Below are positions 1 through 10,194 of a stretch of 64,000 nt of DNA, piece after piece. Under the pieces are notes generated by a model that saw only the letters and a program-made list of their open reading frames with translations, was not told the origin of the DNA and did not search any database. Each line of letters opens with the position of its first letter. Within the stretch, counting starts at the first letter, position 1. Where the stretch lies: NCBI GenBank assembly GCA_910578495.1, contig CAJTRE010000003.1:71952-135951 (forward strand), read 5' to 3'. Position numbers and translations under genes: made by a program. Source of the DNA: an uncultured Dorea sp. (GTDB taxonomy: Bacteria > Bacillota > Clostridia > Lachnospirales > Lachnospiraceae).

Positions 1-322
1 CTGCTGAAAGATACTGTTGAAGATATAATGGATTAATACAAACCACATCAATATTTCCCGTTCCGCCATTCTGTAATACAGATAACAATTCTGGAATCGA
101 ACTAATAAAGTAATGTTCTACTTCACAACCTGTCTCCTCTTCAAATTTTGCCGCCCCATACTCTGCATCTGTTGCATAGGACTGCCAATTCGCAACAACG
201 ATTTTATCTTTACCAGTTGACTTTTTATCTTCTTTATCATTTCCCGAACTGCTGCATCCTGTCATAACCATCTGACATACTAACAATAACACTAACATTG
301 CTGAAAAAATCTTTTTCTTCAT
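1..322 (-). CDS. ABC transporter solute-binding lipoprotein (PotD/polyamine-like), 3' end outside window
   Basis: Manual translation: MKKKIFSAMLVLLLVCQMVMTGCSSSG...IVVANWQSY...FEEETGCEVE; lipobox MTGC; GAGGAGG RBS upstream of ATG at 322. Confidence 0.7.
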   Translation of the reverse strand, partial: MKKKIFSAMLVLLLVCQMVMTGCSSSGNDKEDKKSTGKDKIVVANWQSYATDAEYGAAKFEEETGCEVEHYFISSIPELLSVLQNGGTGNIDVVCINPLYLQQYLSA

Positions 323-609
323 AAATATTTTCCTCCTCACTTTTTTCACGTTCATTTTACTAAAGGCAAAGTATTATTTCGATTAGTCACCCCTTTCTTT
401 TTTATCATTTTTTACCTTTTTTCGCCTTTTATTTTACTTGTAATTGTATAGATAATCACATTATATGTCAAATATTTTTTAGACAATTTTTATGATATAT
501 CATTTTATTTGTTTTCTTTATGGTTTTGGTAAAATTTGATAAAAATATTGAAATTGAAATAAAATTTTGCTATCATATATTTAGACTCAAATGAAAGAGG
601 TGATTTCCT

Positions 610-1608
610 ATGAAAAAGAAAATAACTTTACATCAGATTGCCCAAAAAGCAGGCGTATCCATTTCTACTGTATCGCTAGTATTAAACGATCGTCCCAACC
701 GGATATCTGATGAAAAAAAACAAGAAATCTTGCAAATTGCCAAACAGGAAGGTTACATTATAAAACAAAAAAAACAAAGAGACTCCTCTCTGCCTATTAC
801 AATCGCACTTCTTATTCCTGACATTTCTAATCCTTTTTTTTCTGACATGATACAAGGAGTCATCGATTATGTACACCTTATAAAAGGCCGGCTTCTTTTG
901 GGAACAAACGGAGAATCTCCACAAAAAGACAGTGAGCAATTAAAGGAATTTATCAACGCTAATATTTCCGCACTTCTTATCACTCCTTCCTATAATTGCC
1001 CTCCCTCTCTTTTAGAGAATATTCCTTTTCCAGTAATACAAGTTGACAGACAATCTCCCACAGTTCCTCACAGTACCATTCGTCTCAACAACAAAAAAGG
1101 GGGATACCTCGCAACTCAACACCTAATTAATAACGGGCATAAAAAAATTGCGTGTCTTACGGGACCCGGATGGCTTCTCAGTTCACAAGAACGTTTAGAC
1201 GGATATTACTGGGCAATGAATGAAGCTGAAATTCCTGTATCAAAAAACACGATATTTGAAGGAAATTATCAGACTGATAGTGGATATCGGCTTGCCCCGG
1301 ATATATTAAATGGAGATTTCACTGCATTATTCTGCTGCAATGACACTATGGCTTTAGGAATTTACCAATATATGCAGCAACAAAATCTAAGAGTTGGAGA
1401 AGACCTTTCCATCATTGGTTTTGATGATATTTCAACTTGCCGCTTTTTAAAAACACCTTTAACTACAATTCGTCAATCAGGATATGAGATTGGTTATGAG
1501 GCCTGTAAACGGGCATTTGCTGAAATTAACGATCCTACGCTTATTAAATCCACTATTCTGTTTGAACCCGAATTAATTATACGAGAAAGCGTTATATCCC
1601 TTCCCTAA
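610..1608 (+). CDS. LacI family transcriptional regulator
   Basis: N-terminal HTH ITLHQIAQKAGVSISTVSLVLN; periplasmic-binding-protein-like effector domain (NPFF, IIGFDD, PLTTIRQ). Confidence 0.92.
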   Translation: MKKKITLHQIAQKAGVSISTVSLVLNDRPNRISDEKKQEILQIAKQEGYIIKQKKQRDSSLPITIALLIPDISNPFFSDMIQGVIDYVHLIKGRLLLGTNGESPQKDSEQLKEFINANISALLITPSYNCPPSLLENIPFPVIQVDRQSPTVPHSTIRLNNKKGGYLATQHLINNGHKKIACLTGPGWLLSSQERLDGYYWAMNEAEIPVSKNTIFEGNYQTDSGYRLAPDILNGDFTALFCCNDTMALGIYQYMQQQNLRVGEDLSIIGFDDISTCRFLKTPLTTIRQSGYEIGYEACKRAFAEINDPTLIKSTILFEPELIIRESVISLP

Positions 1609-1624
1609 AATTCTTATGTATAAT

Positions 1625-2164
1625 TTACATAACCCCTATATAAAGTCTTACTAATATAGGATTAATATAGCATTCCACTATGATTCCCACGCTCATAAGC
1701 AAGAGGAAACATACAGTTTTTGTAAGATTCCATCGACTCTTCGGATAGCTGAATAAATACCACAACAATATCGCATACCCGGCGATATAAAACGGAAAAT
1801 GCGGCAGAATCCCAACAAGGCAGAGAAGAATCCCCTTTATTCCTATCTGCATCACCGCCGCAGTCATAATCATTCCACTCAAAAAGCCCGTCCAAGCCAA
1901 AAAGAAGACCACCACGCCTTTCCGAAGCCGGCTGCATCCTGCAATCACCGCTAAAATCACCGGACCGATACGAATTCTTATTATGTACCAGAAAAATGCG
2001 CCTGTATCAATCTCTGTCTGCACATATTGCTGCAAGAAAAATTCATTAAAAATTCCCATGCCGGCGATATAGTCTTTTGATATAAGATTGGCAGACAATA
2101 TCCCTGCCATGAACCCCAGCATATAAAGTAAAAGTAAATATTTTTTGTTCTCCTGTATCTGCAC
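1625..2164 (-). CDS. spoIIM: Stage II sporulation protein M-like membrane protein
   Basis: Multi-TM protein with GILPH and ECYINP motifs; GTG start inferred 7 nt after AGGAGG; sigE-like -10 upstream. Confidence 0.65.
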   Translation of the reverse strand: MQIQENKKYLLLLYMLGFMAGILSANLISKDYIAGMGIFNEFFLQQYVQTEIDTGAFFWYIIRIRIGPVILAVIAGCSRLRKGVVVFFLAWTGFLSGMIMTAAVMQIGIKGILLCLVGILPHFPFYIAGYAILLWYLFSYPKSRWNLTKTVCFLLLMSVGIIVECYINPILVRLYIGVM

Positions 2165-2192
2165 CGACAGCCTCCTCATGTCAAGATACTCT

Positions 2193-2221
2193 ATTATATG
2201 TCTATATAAAAAAAATAGAAC
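2193..2221 (-). promoter_or_regulatory. Putative sigma-E promoter of spoIIM
   Basis: Minus strand TTCTATT-N13-CATATAAT; -10 fits the CATAcanT consensus; overlaps the rny terminator T-tract. Confidence 0.4.
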
Positions 2222-2241
2222 CGGTGCCAACACCGGTTCTA
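2208..2241 (-). terminator. Intrinsic terminator after rny
   Basis: TAGAACCGGTG-N4-CACCGGTTCTA perfect stem followed by a T-run on the minus strand. Confidence 0.85.
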
Positions 2242-2256
2242 CCTTACATTTATCTT

Positions 2257-3810
2257 CTACTTGGCATAGTCTGTTACTCGTGACTCACGAATGACATTGA
2301 CTTTGATCTGTCCAGGATACTCTAACTCAAACTCAATCTGCTTAGCAATATCCCTTGCCATCAACACCATATCTGCATCAGATACCTGTTCTGGAACTAC
2401 CATTACACGAATCTCTCTACCCGCTTGAATTGCAAAAGATTTATCAACTCCCTTAAACTGGTTGGTGATATCTTCTAACTGTTTTAACCTGTTTGTATAT
2501 GTTTCTAATGTCTCTCTTCTTGCACCCGGTCTTGCCGCAGAAATCGTATCTGCCGCCTGAACCACACATGCAATCAATGTTTCCGGCTCTACATCGCCGT
2601 GATGAGCTTCCACTGCATTAATAACCGTTGCAGACTCTTTGTACTTTCTACAAAGATCCACACCAATCTGAATATGAGAACCTTCCACATCATGGTCAAT
2701 GGATTTTCCCACATCATGCAGAAGACCGGCTCTTTTAGCCACTCTCACATCGAGCCCAAGCTCTCCTGCGAGAAGCCCAGACAACTGAGCAACTTCCATA
2801 GAATGTTTCAACGCATTCTGTCCGTAGCTTGTACGGAACTTCATACGTCCGAGAAGTTTGATAAGTTCCGGATGGATTCCATGAACTCCCACTTCAAGAG
2901 CGGCAGCTTCACCTTCTTCACGAATCATAGCCTCTACTTCTTTTTGCGCTTTCTCAACCATCTCTTCAATTCTGGCCGGATGGATACGTCCATCGACAAT
3001 CAGTTTTTCAAGCGCAATTCTGGCTATTTCTCTTCTTATTGGATCAAAACCGGATAATACAACGGCTTCCGGTGTATCGTCAATAATGAGTTCGACACCT
3101 GTCATTGTCTCCAGTGTACGGATATTACGTCCTTCTCTGCCAATAATTCTGCCTTTCATCTCATCGCTTGGAAGCTGTACAACGGAAATCGTAGTCTCCG
3201 CAACATGATCAGCGGCACAGCGCTGAATGGCAGTAACGACACATTCTCTCGCTTTCTTATCCGCCTCTTGTCTTGCCTGTGCTTCCAGCTCTTTAATCAT
3301 CTTGGCAGTATCATGTTTCACATCCTCTTCAACAGTTTTCAACAAATATTCTTTTGCTTGTTCGGAGGTTAGTCCTGAGATTCTTTCTAGTTCCTGTACT
3401 CTTTGCTTACTCAGCTCATCCACTTTCGCTTCGCGCTTTCTAAGCTGTTCTTCCTTTGCTGCAAATCCTGCTTCACGCTTCTCAATAGCTTCGGACTTCT
3501 TGTCTAAAGTCTCCTCCTTGGAAAGGACACGCTTCTCATATCTTTGTAACTCAGCTCTGCGTTCCTTTGTCTCTTTTTCAAGTTCATTCTTGTTCTTGAT
3601 CGACTCTTCTTTAATTTCCAAGAGAGACTCCTTCTTTTTCGCCTCAGCCGTTTTAACTGCGTCATCAATAATCTGACGGGCTTTACTTTCAGCATTTCCA
3701 ATCTTGGATTCTGCATTCTTTTTCAGATTAGAAACCGTAACAAAATGACTGATAGCCGCCGCTATTATGGCAAGCACTAGTGCTGCAGCAATAGCAATTT
3801 CCATCGGCAC
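2257..3810 (-). CDS. rny: Ribonuclease Y
   Basis: N-terminal TM, coiled coil, KH domain ([12 protein letters not shown]), HD domain (LLHDVGK). Confidence 0.97.
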   Translation of the reverse strand: MPMEIAIAAALVLAIIAAAISHFVTVSNLKKNAESKIGNAESKARQIIDDAVKTAEAKKKESLLEIKEESIKNKNELEKETKERRAELQRYEKRVLSKEETLDKKSEAIEKREAGFAAKEEQLRKREAKVDELSKQRVQELERISGLTSEQAKEYLLKTVEEDVKHDTAKMIKELEAQARQEADKKARECVVTAIQRCAADHVAETTISVVQLPSDEMKGRIIGREGRNIRTLETMTGVELIIDDTPEAVVLSGFDPIRREIARIALEKLIVDGRIHPARIEEMVEKAQKEVEAMIREEGEAAALEVGVHGIHPELIKLLGRMKFRTSYGQNALKHSMEVAQLSGLLAGELGLDVRVAKRAGLLHDVGKSIDHDVEGSHIQIGVDLCRKYKESATVINAVEAHHGDVEPETLIACVVQAADTISAARPGARRETLETYTNRLKQLEDITNQFKGVDKSFAIQAGREIRVMVVPEQVSDADMVLMARDIAKQIEFELEYPGQIKVNVIRESRVTDYAK

Positions 3811-3891
3811 AGGAGCACCTCCTTATTTAGTTTTCATTGTAAAAATACAACAGTTAAATTTTATACTGTTTTAATAAATATGTCAAGCATT

Positions 3892-4497
3892 CTACTCATA
3901 AACGTGTATCACTTGACGAATATCTTCATAACGAAATCCTTTTCGCGTCAAATATCCTAAAATCTTCCGGGTTTCAACTTGATCCGCAGTATCCGGATCG
4001 TATTTTTTCTTACGAAGTATGCGCTCAATCGCCGCTTTGGAATCCTCACATTCATAACATTCCTCAAATGCCGCCTCGATTTCATCGTTCTTTATCCCTT
4101 TCTGACACAAGAGCGCATATAGCTCTTTTTTACTTTTTTTATCTTTCCGGCTCTCAATAAAATTTCTGGCATAAGCTGCGTCATTGATATATCCGAAAGA
4201 TTTCACATAATCAATAGCATTTTCTACAATATCTTCCGGGTAATTTCCCAGCTTTAGTTTTGTGCGAAGCTGTTCCTCTGTCCGTCCCATATCATTCAGA
4301 AGATGTAATGCCCGAAGTTTTGCCCGCTTTAAAATCACTTCCGTTCGAATCTTCTCATATATTTCCCGTTCAATCTCCATACCTTCCGCTATATGATAAC
4401 GCGACAGTTCGCCCTTATATAATACAAAGGCGAACTGTTCGTCTATAAACACCTTATATTTTGTCTTCGTCACAGCTTCCGTCTTCGTGACAATCAT
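3892..4497 (-). CDS. recX: Regulatory protein RecX
   Basis: RTEEQLRTKL, GYINDAAYA, YLTRKGF motifs; directly downstream of recA. Confidence 0.92.
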   Translation of the reverse strand: MIVTKTEAVTKTKYKVFIDEQFAFVLYKGELSRYHIAEGMEIEREIYEKIRTEVILKRAKLRALHLLNDMGRTEEQLRTKLKLGNYPEDIVENAIDYVKSFGYINDAAYARNFIESRKDKKSKKELYALLCQKGIKNDEIEAAFEECYECEDSKAAIERILRKKKYDPDTADQVETRKILGYLTRKGFRYEDIRQVIHVYE

Positions 4498-4500
4498 GGA

Positions 4501-5547
4501 TTACTCCTCTTTTTCAGCTTCTTCTGAAGCGCTTTCGTCAAATGTATAATGCTTACGAATCTTCTCATCAAGTTCACTCATAATCTGCGGATTCTCCGTC
4601 AGATAATTCTTAGCATTCTCACGTCCCTGGCCAATCTTATCTCCGTTATAAGCATACCATGCGCCGCTCTTACTGATAAGTCCGAGATTTACAGCCAGGT
4701 CTAGAATATCTCCCTCTTTTGAAATACCCTTGCCAAACATAATGTCAAACTCGGCCTCCTTAAACGGAGGAGCAATCTTATTCTTTACAATCTTAACACG
4801 CGTCCTGTTACCGATCATCTCCCCACTCTGTTTGAGTGTCTCAATTCTTCTTACATCCATACGAATAGACGCATAGAATTTAAGAGCCCGGCCTCCGGTC
4901 GTTGTCTCCGGATTTCCGAACATAACGCCTACCTTCTCACGAAGCTGATTAATAAAAATCACCACACAGTTAGACTTACTGATAACCGGCGTCAGCTTTC
5001 GAAGCGCCTGTGACATCAGTCTTGCCTGAAGTCCAACATGTGAATCTCCCATATCTCCTTCAATCTCCTGACGAGGTACTAATGCGGCAACAGAGTCAAT
5101 AACAATAATATCCAGAGCACCGGAACGAACCATTGTCTCCGCAATCTCAAGCGCTTGGTCTCCGCTGTCCGGCTGTGAGATATAAAGCTCATCTATATCT
5201 ACACCGATATTCTTGGCATACACCGGATCAAGCGCATGCTCCGCATCGATGAATCCTGCAATTCCGCCCCTTTTCTGCACTTCTGAAATCATATGTAATG
5301 CAACCGTTGTCTTACCACTTGATTCCGGGCCATACACTTCCACGATACGTCCTCTCGGTACGCCGCCCATTCCAAGGGCAATATCCAGGCTCAGAGAGCC
5401 TGTCGGAATCGTCTCTACCACAACCTGCGCTGCCGGATCGCCAAGCTTCATAACTGTACCTTTTCCATAATCCTTCTCAAGCTTCGCAATCGCCGCATCC
5501 AGTGCTTTCTTTTTATTTTCCGCATTCTTATTATCATTTCCTGCCAT
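4501..5547 (-). CDS. recA: Recombinase A
   Basis: GPESSGKTT Walker [15 protein letters not shown]; start reassigned to ATG at 5547 (MAGNDNK) after AAGGAG RBS. Confidence 0.99.
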   Translation of the reverse strand: MAGNDNKNAENKKKALDAAIAKLEKDYGKGTVMKLGDPAAQVVVETIPTGSLSLDIALGMGGVPRGRIVEVYGPESSGKTTVALHMISEVQKRGGIAGFIDAEHALDPVYAKNIGVDIDELYISQPDSGDQALEIAETMVRSGALDIIVIDSVAALVPRQEIEGDMGDSHVGLQARLMSQALRKLTPVISKSNCVVIFINQLREKVGVMFGNPETTTGGRALKFYASIRMDVRRIETLKQSGEMIGNRTRVKIVKNKIAPPFKEAEFDIMFGKGISKEGDILDLAVNLGLISKSGAWYAYNGDKIGQGRENAKNYLTENPQIMSELDEKIRKHYTFDESASEEAEKEE

Positions 5548-5569
5548 AATTTTTCTCCTTCTCATACAA

Positions 5570-5583
5570 CGAACTAACGTTCG
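5570..5583. promoter_or_regulatory. LexA (SOS/Cheo) box upstream of recA
   Basis: CGAACTAACGTTCG matches the Firmicute consensus CGAAC-N4-GTTCG exactly. Confidence 0.9.
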
Positions 5584-5727
5584 TCTTCTAAATAGTATAG
5601 TAGTACACTTGTTCTGTTTTGTCAATATGAAATTGTATAAAATCGGATTTTCCGGCGAAACGCCGAGTCAATAAAATAGTAACAGAATAATACAGTCCCT
5701 CAAATACAATTTTACTTTAACACAGAT

Positions 5728-6969
5728 TTAATACGCCGTCAAAAGGATTCTCCGAAACATTTTTTTCATGCACCAGACATAGTCTCTCTTCTCTATATCT
5801 TCCTGCGCAGTTATATTATAAGACTTTATCACCTCGCCATTTAACAGATAGGACATCTTCCCAAGTGTCTGCCCCCGTTTTACCGGCGCTTTGATATGTT
5901 CTTCCATCTTGATCCTGGTTTCTACTTTTTCATGTTTCCCAAGAAGAACTTTAAGTCCAGGTTCTTCTTCCACTTTTACAGTAACTTTACTGTCTTTGGA
6001 GCATATGGACGCAGGGCTTACCCCGCCCTCCACCGGAAGCTGTGCCTGAGTCGTCTTCTGCCATACATCCTGATACTCATATTCCAAAAGACCGTATTCC
6101 ATCAGTTTTCTCGTATCTTTCCATTTATAGTTCTTGTTGTTTGGCCATCCACAGGCAAGCAGCGCAACGATGTATGTCCGCTCTCCACTTCTTAACGCAC
6201 CTACATAACAATACCCTGCGTCTGCGGTAAATCCGGTCTTTCCGCTCAACGCCCCCTCCATCATCGTCAAAAATGCGTTGTGATTGTTACAGGAAAATCT
6301 ACGGTCGCCTTTCACATTTTGAAACGAATAATTCTTCGTCCTTGTAATCGCAAGGAACTCCTCCTTTTTCGGAGATTCCATAATACAATACTTCATAATT
6401 CTGGAAAGATCCACCGCCGTTGTAGAATGAACTCCTTTTTCATCCTGGGCGTCAAGACCGTTAGGTGTAATAAAATATGTATCCTTGCATCCTAGTTCCT
6501 CTGCCTTCTCATTCATAAGCTGTGCAAATGCCTCCACTGACTCTGCAATCCCTTCCGCAATCACGACTGCACTGTCATTATGAGATTCCAGCATCAGAGA
6601 ATACAACAGGTCTTTCAAATAAAAATCTTCTCCCCCCTTAACCCCAAGCCGGACTTTCGGCTGACAGACTGCATGATCGGATACTTTTACTTTCTGCTGA
6701 TCCGTCATATTTTCCAGCGCAAGAATACAAGTCATGATTTTCGTCGTACTTGCCATAGGCCGTATCGTATCTTCTTCTTTTCCAAACAAAACACGCCCAC
6801 TGTCGGCGTCCATAAGAACCGCCGACCGGGCGTAAAGTCCTGCTGGCTCGTCCGGATTTCCAGTCATCTCTTCTGCACGCACCTGACAAACAGGCTGCAC
6901 TGCTGACAAACACATGAAAATCAAAAGACTCACCCTTCTATTCATCCATTTTTTCATCCGCAACTCCAC
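5728..6969 (-). CDS. dacB: D-alanyl-D-alanine carboxypeptidase (peptidase S11, DacB-like)
   Basis: ASTTK (SxxK), SHN (SxN) and KTG motifs; signal peptide; sigE-like promoter; start uncertain. Confidence 0.8.
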   Translation of the reverse strand: MELRMKKWMNRRVSLLIFMCLSAVQPVCQVRAEEMTGNPDEPAGLYARSAVLMDADSGRVLFGKEEDTIRPMASTTKIMTCILALENMTDQQKVKVSDHAVCQPKVRLGVKGGEDFYLKDLLYSLMLESHNDSAVVIAEGIAESVEAFAQLMNEKAEELGCKDTYFITPNGLDAQDEKGVHSTTAVDLSRIMKYCIMESPKKEEFLAITRTKNYSFQNVKGDRRFSCNNHNAFLTMMEGALSGKTGFTADAGYCYVGALRSGERTYIVALLACGWPNNKNYKWKDTRKLMEYGLLEYEYQDVWQKTTQAQLPVEGGVSPASICSKDSKVTVKVEEEPGLKVLLGKHEKVETRIKMEEHIKAPVKRGQTLGKMSYLLNGEVIKSYNITAQEDIEKRDYVWCMKKMFRRILLTAY

Positions 6970-6988
6970 ACACTACTTCTGTTATTTC

Positions 6989-7017
6989 AGTGTATGAGAG
7001 GGCTGCCGAAACTATAC
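6989..7017 (-). promoter_or_regulatory. Putative sigma-E promoter of dacB
   Basis: Minus strand GTATAGT-N14-CATACACT matches sigma-E consensus and spacing. Confidence 0.6.
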
Positions 7018-7581
7018 GTCCAGTTTTAACTGGATTTCCTCTTCCGCCTCAGATTTGAAATTTTCCATCTGCTCATGGTTCAGAATTGGAAGGTCATCCA
7101 CCGACTGCACGCCAAATCTTCTGAGAAATTCCTCCGTAGTTCCAAAAAGAAGTGGTCTTCCCGGCGCATCCAGACGCCCCACCTCGCAAGCCAGATTATA
7201 TTCTACCAGCTTATTGACAGCGTGATCGGATTTTACTCCGCGGATCTTTTCAACCTCCAGCTTTGTAACCGGCTGCTTATAGGCAATAATAGAGAGCGTC
7301 TCCAACAAAACATCCGTAAGCATATACCGTTTCGGCTGTTTTGCAATTCGTATCAGATATTCATACATCTCTTTCTTTGTACACATTTGAAAAGAATCAT
7401 TCAGTTCCACAATCCGTATGCCCCGGCTTTCCACCTCATACTTATCCATCATCTGATGGATAACCTTTCTCGTGGTAGCCTCATCATGTTCAATTGCTGC
7501 GGCAATCTTCTGCAATTCCACTGATTCTCCCATTGTAAATAAAATCGACTCTATAATCCCTTCTAATTTATTGATTTCCAC
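7012..7581 (-). CDS. scpB: SMC-Scp complex subunit ScpB
   Basis: LETLSIIAYKQPVT, IRGV, GRPLLFGTTEEFL motifs. Confidence 0.96.
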   Translation of the reverse strand: MEINKLEGIIESILFTMGESVELQKIAAAIEHDEATTRKVIHQMMDKYEVESRGIRIVELNDSFQMCTKKEMYEYLIRIAKQPKRYMLTDVLLETLSIIAYKQPVTKLEVEKIRGVKSDHAVNKLVEYNLACEVGRLDAPGRPLLFGTTEEFLRRFGVQSVDDLPILNHEQMENFKSEAEEEIQLKLDV

Positions 7582-7587
7582 GTTATC

Positions 7588-8346
7588 TTACCTTTCTGCC
7601 TGTGTTACATTTGAGGTGATCACAATATCATCAAATGGCTGCTCCTGCTCAATCTGAAGCGTGCCGTCTTTCATAAGCTGCAAAATCGCCAGAAATGTCA
7701 CTACAACCTGCGTTCTTGAACTTTGTCTGGTAAGAAGCGAACGAAAGCTGAACGTTTTATGCGCTCTGGCATACTCTGTCACAGAAGACAGCTTTTCACC
7801 AACCGTCACCTCTTCTTTTTCAATCTTTCCGAATTTACTCCTGACAGGATCGATCTTATCCACCTGTCGTCTCATGACGTCCTTGAAGATACCATTCAAC
7901 TTCTGTAAGGTTAAATCTCCCAGCAATTTATCCAAATCTACCGGTTCCACATATTCCAACACCTCCGCCGGGACAGCGGGCTGCCTGTACATAACCTTTT
8001 CCGTATCTATCTCCCGGTCTTTTAATTCATAGGACATATATTTATACATCTTATATTCCAGAAGTTGTTCTATCAGTTCCTTTCTTGGATCTTCTTCCTC
8101 GCCTTCTTCATTCACTTCTTTCGGAAGCAGCATCCGGCATTTGATGTCCAGAAGCGTAGCCGCCATCACAAGAAATTCACTCATGATATTCAAATCTTCT
8201 TTTTCCATCGCCTTTATGTATTCCATGTATTGATTTGTAATCTCTACAATTGGAATATCGTAAATATCTATTTTATTTTTATCAATCAGGTGCAGAAGAA
8301 GGTCAAGAGGACCTTCAAACACCTGCAACTTTACCGGTATTCCCAT
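7588..8346 (-). CDS. scpA: Segregation and condensation protein A
   Basis: FEGPLDLLLHLI and VTFLAILQL motifs; start at MGIPVKL. Confidence 0.96.
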   Translation of the reverse strand: MGIPVKLQVFEGPLDLLLHLIDKNKIDIYDIPIVEITNQYMEYIKAMEKEDLNIMSEFLVMAATLLDIKCRMLLPKEVNEEGEEEDPRKELIEQLLEYKMYKYMSYELKDREIDTEKVMYRQPAVPAEVLEYVEPVDLDKLLGDLTLQKLNGIFKDVMRRQVDKIDPVRSKFGKIEKEEVTVGEKLSSVTEYARAHKTFSFRSLLTRQSSRTQVVVTFLAILQLMKDGTLQIEQEQPFDDIVITSNVTQAER

Positions 8347-8414
8347 ATCGCCGCTCCATATTTTCCTATCGCACAATTATATTATTATACAGGATATTTT
8401 CACTTTCCACAAGA

Positions 8415-9272
8415 CTAATTCTTCCCCCGCAGACGAAGAACTACCAGTTCCGCAGGGTTTAAGAACCGCACATTCACCGTATGCGTGCCAAGCCCTTTGC
8501 TCACCACAATGGCAGTGTCGCCTTCCCGGTAAATATCTCCTGAATACTTCGGAAAAATCTCAAATGCCGGCGTAATCATCCCTGTAAATCCTGGAATCCT
8601 CACAACCCCTCCATGATAGTGTCCGGATAAAATAAGGTCCGCCCCCCATCTTTTATATTCTTCCATATAAGACGGGTGATGTGCCAGCAGAATTTGAAAA
8701 GACTCCTTATCACACGCTCCAATCCTTGACGTAATCTCGTCCGGCTCAAGCACGCCTTTCCGGCAATGCAGATAACATTTCAGAGGAATTTCAAGACCTG
8801 TAATCCGAAAATTTCCCTCTTTCACACTTTCATTTTCCAGAAAACGAACGCCTGCCTCTTTTAATTCTTTCTGATACTCTCTATAGGCATATAAATTGTA
8901 GACATCCGGGAACTCTTTCATTCTCTGCTCATGATTTCCATGCGCATAATACACCGGGGCAATCTTCAAGAGAGCTTTCACTGTTTTCATCGCAGGTTCG
9001 TAGGAAGAAGTCCGCTTCCCGATCAGCATATCCCCGCCGACCAAAATCAGTTCCGGGGAAATCTCTTTGATTTTCTCTATAAGTCTTTGGTTCTCTTTTC
9101 CATACATATGATTATGAAGATCGCTCAAAAAAACAATCTTTTTCTCTCTGCATCCGGAAAGCTTCTGTGATTCTATCACGTATTCCGTCACCTGAAAGCA
9201 ATGCAGCTCCCGCCAGATTTCCAGCAAAACCAAAATCGCCGCAACTACAAGTACAATCAACAAATATTTCAA
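8415..9272 (-). CDS. Metallophosphoesterase (calcineurin-like, YkuE-like)
   Basis: SDLH, GGD, GNHE, LAHHP, SGHYHGG motifs; N-terminal TM. Confidence 0.9.
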   Translation of the reverse strand: MKYLLIVLVVAAILVLLEIWRELHCFQVTEYVIESQKLSGCREKKIVFLSDLHNHMYGKENQRLIEKIKEISPELILVGGDMLIGKRTSSYEPAMKTVKALLKIAPVYYAHGNHEQRMKEFPDVYNLYAYREYQKELKEAGVRFLENESVKEGNFRITGLEIPLKCYLHCRKGVLEPDEITSRIGACDKESFQILLAHHPSYMEEYKRWGADLILSGHYHGGVVRIPGFTGMITPAFEIFPKYSGDIYREGDTAIVVSKGLGTHTVNVRFLNPAELVVLRLRGKN

Positions 9273-9281
9273 TTCTGCCTC

Positions 9282-10079
9282 CTATCTTCCTTTTCTAAAG
9301 GAATCATAAAGCTTACGAATATTTTCAAACGTATAATCGGGCATATACATGGTATTTTGAAGATCAGACTCTTTTGCTTCTCCCGTATACACAAGAGCTG
9401 TCTCCACTCCGGCATTGATTCCACAGGCAATATCGGTATACAGACGGTCTCCCACAACGAGAACTTCTTCTTTTTCGGCGTGTACCTGTTCCATACACAT
9501 AGAGACAATTTCTTTGTTCGGTTTTCCTACATAATAAGGCTCTCTATCTACCGTTACTTTGAGCATCTCACAGATTCCTCCACAATCCGGCACAAACCCA
9601 AACGCTGTAGGGCAGCGATAATCCGGATTCGTTCCGATATAATCCACATCCGGACGGAGCAAAAGTTCACAAGCGTTTTCTATTTTCTCATACGTAAGCG
9701 TACGGTCAAACCCGACAACTACACAGTCCACGTCCTTCTCCGCCTGTTCGGTAACAGTAAGCCCACACTCTCTTACTTCCTTCGCAAAAGACGGAGTTCC
9801 CATAACAAAAAGCTTCTTGCCGCTATAATGCTGTTTCAAATATTTACAGGCAGCATAAGAAGCTGTCATAAACTGGTCTTCCCCTGTCTCTATTCCCCAT
9901 TTTTTGAATTTTTCTATATAATCTTTTCTACTCTTCACAGAATTATTTGTTATATAAAACGCTCTGCCGCCAATCGCTGTGATATACTCAATCAATTCTT
10001 TACTGCCGTCATACAGCGTATCGTCCACCGCAAGAGTTCCGTCTATATCAAACAAAAAGTATTTCTTACCTTTCAACAT
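9282..10079 (-). CDS. HAD-IIA family hydrolase (NagD-like)
   Basis: FDIDGTL, TNNS, GKP, VGDRLYTDI motifs; start at MLKGKK. Confidence 0.92.
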   Translation of the reverse strand: MLKGKKYFLFDIDGTLAVDDTLYDGSKELIEYITAIGGRAFYITNNSVKSRKDYIEKFKKWGIETGEDQFMTASYAACKYLKQHYSGKKLFVMGTPSFAKEVRECGLTVTEQAEKDVDCVVVGFDRTLTYEKIENACELLLRPDVDYIGTNPDYRCPTAFGFVPDCGGICEMLKVTVDREPYYVGKPNKEIVSMCMEQVHAEKEEVLVVGDRLYTDIACGINAGVETALVYTGEAKESDLQNTMYMPDYTFENIRKLYDSFRKGR

Positions 10080-10194
10080 GATTTTCTCTCCTTTTATCGT
10101 GATAATTATATAATTATTCCTACCAATTTGTAAACAAATATGATAAAATTTTATAGTACAAAACTTACTCAATACATATAAGGAGGTTTTCAAA

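Noticed and set aside
9201..10133. 310-aa plus-strand ORF
   Set aside because: Antisense shadow of the HAD-IIA gene; no motifs or RBS
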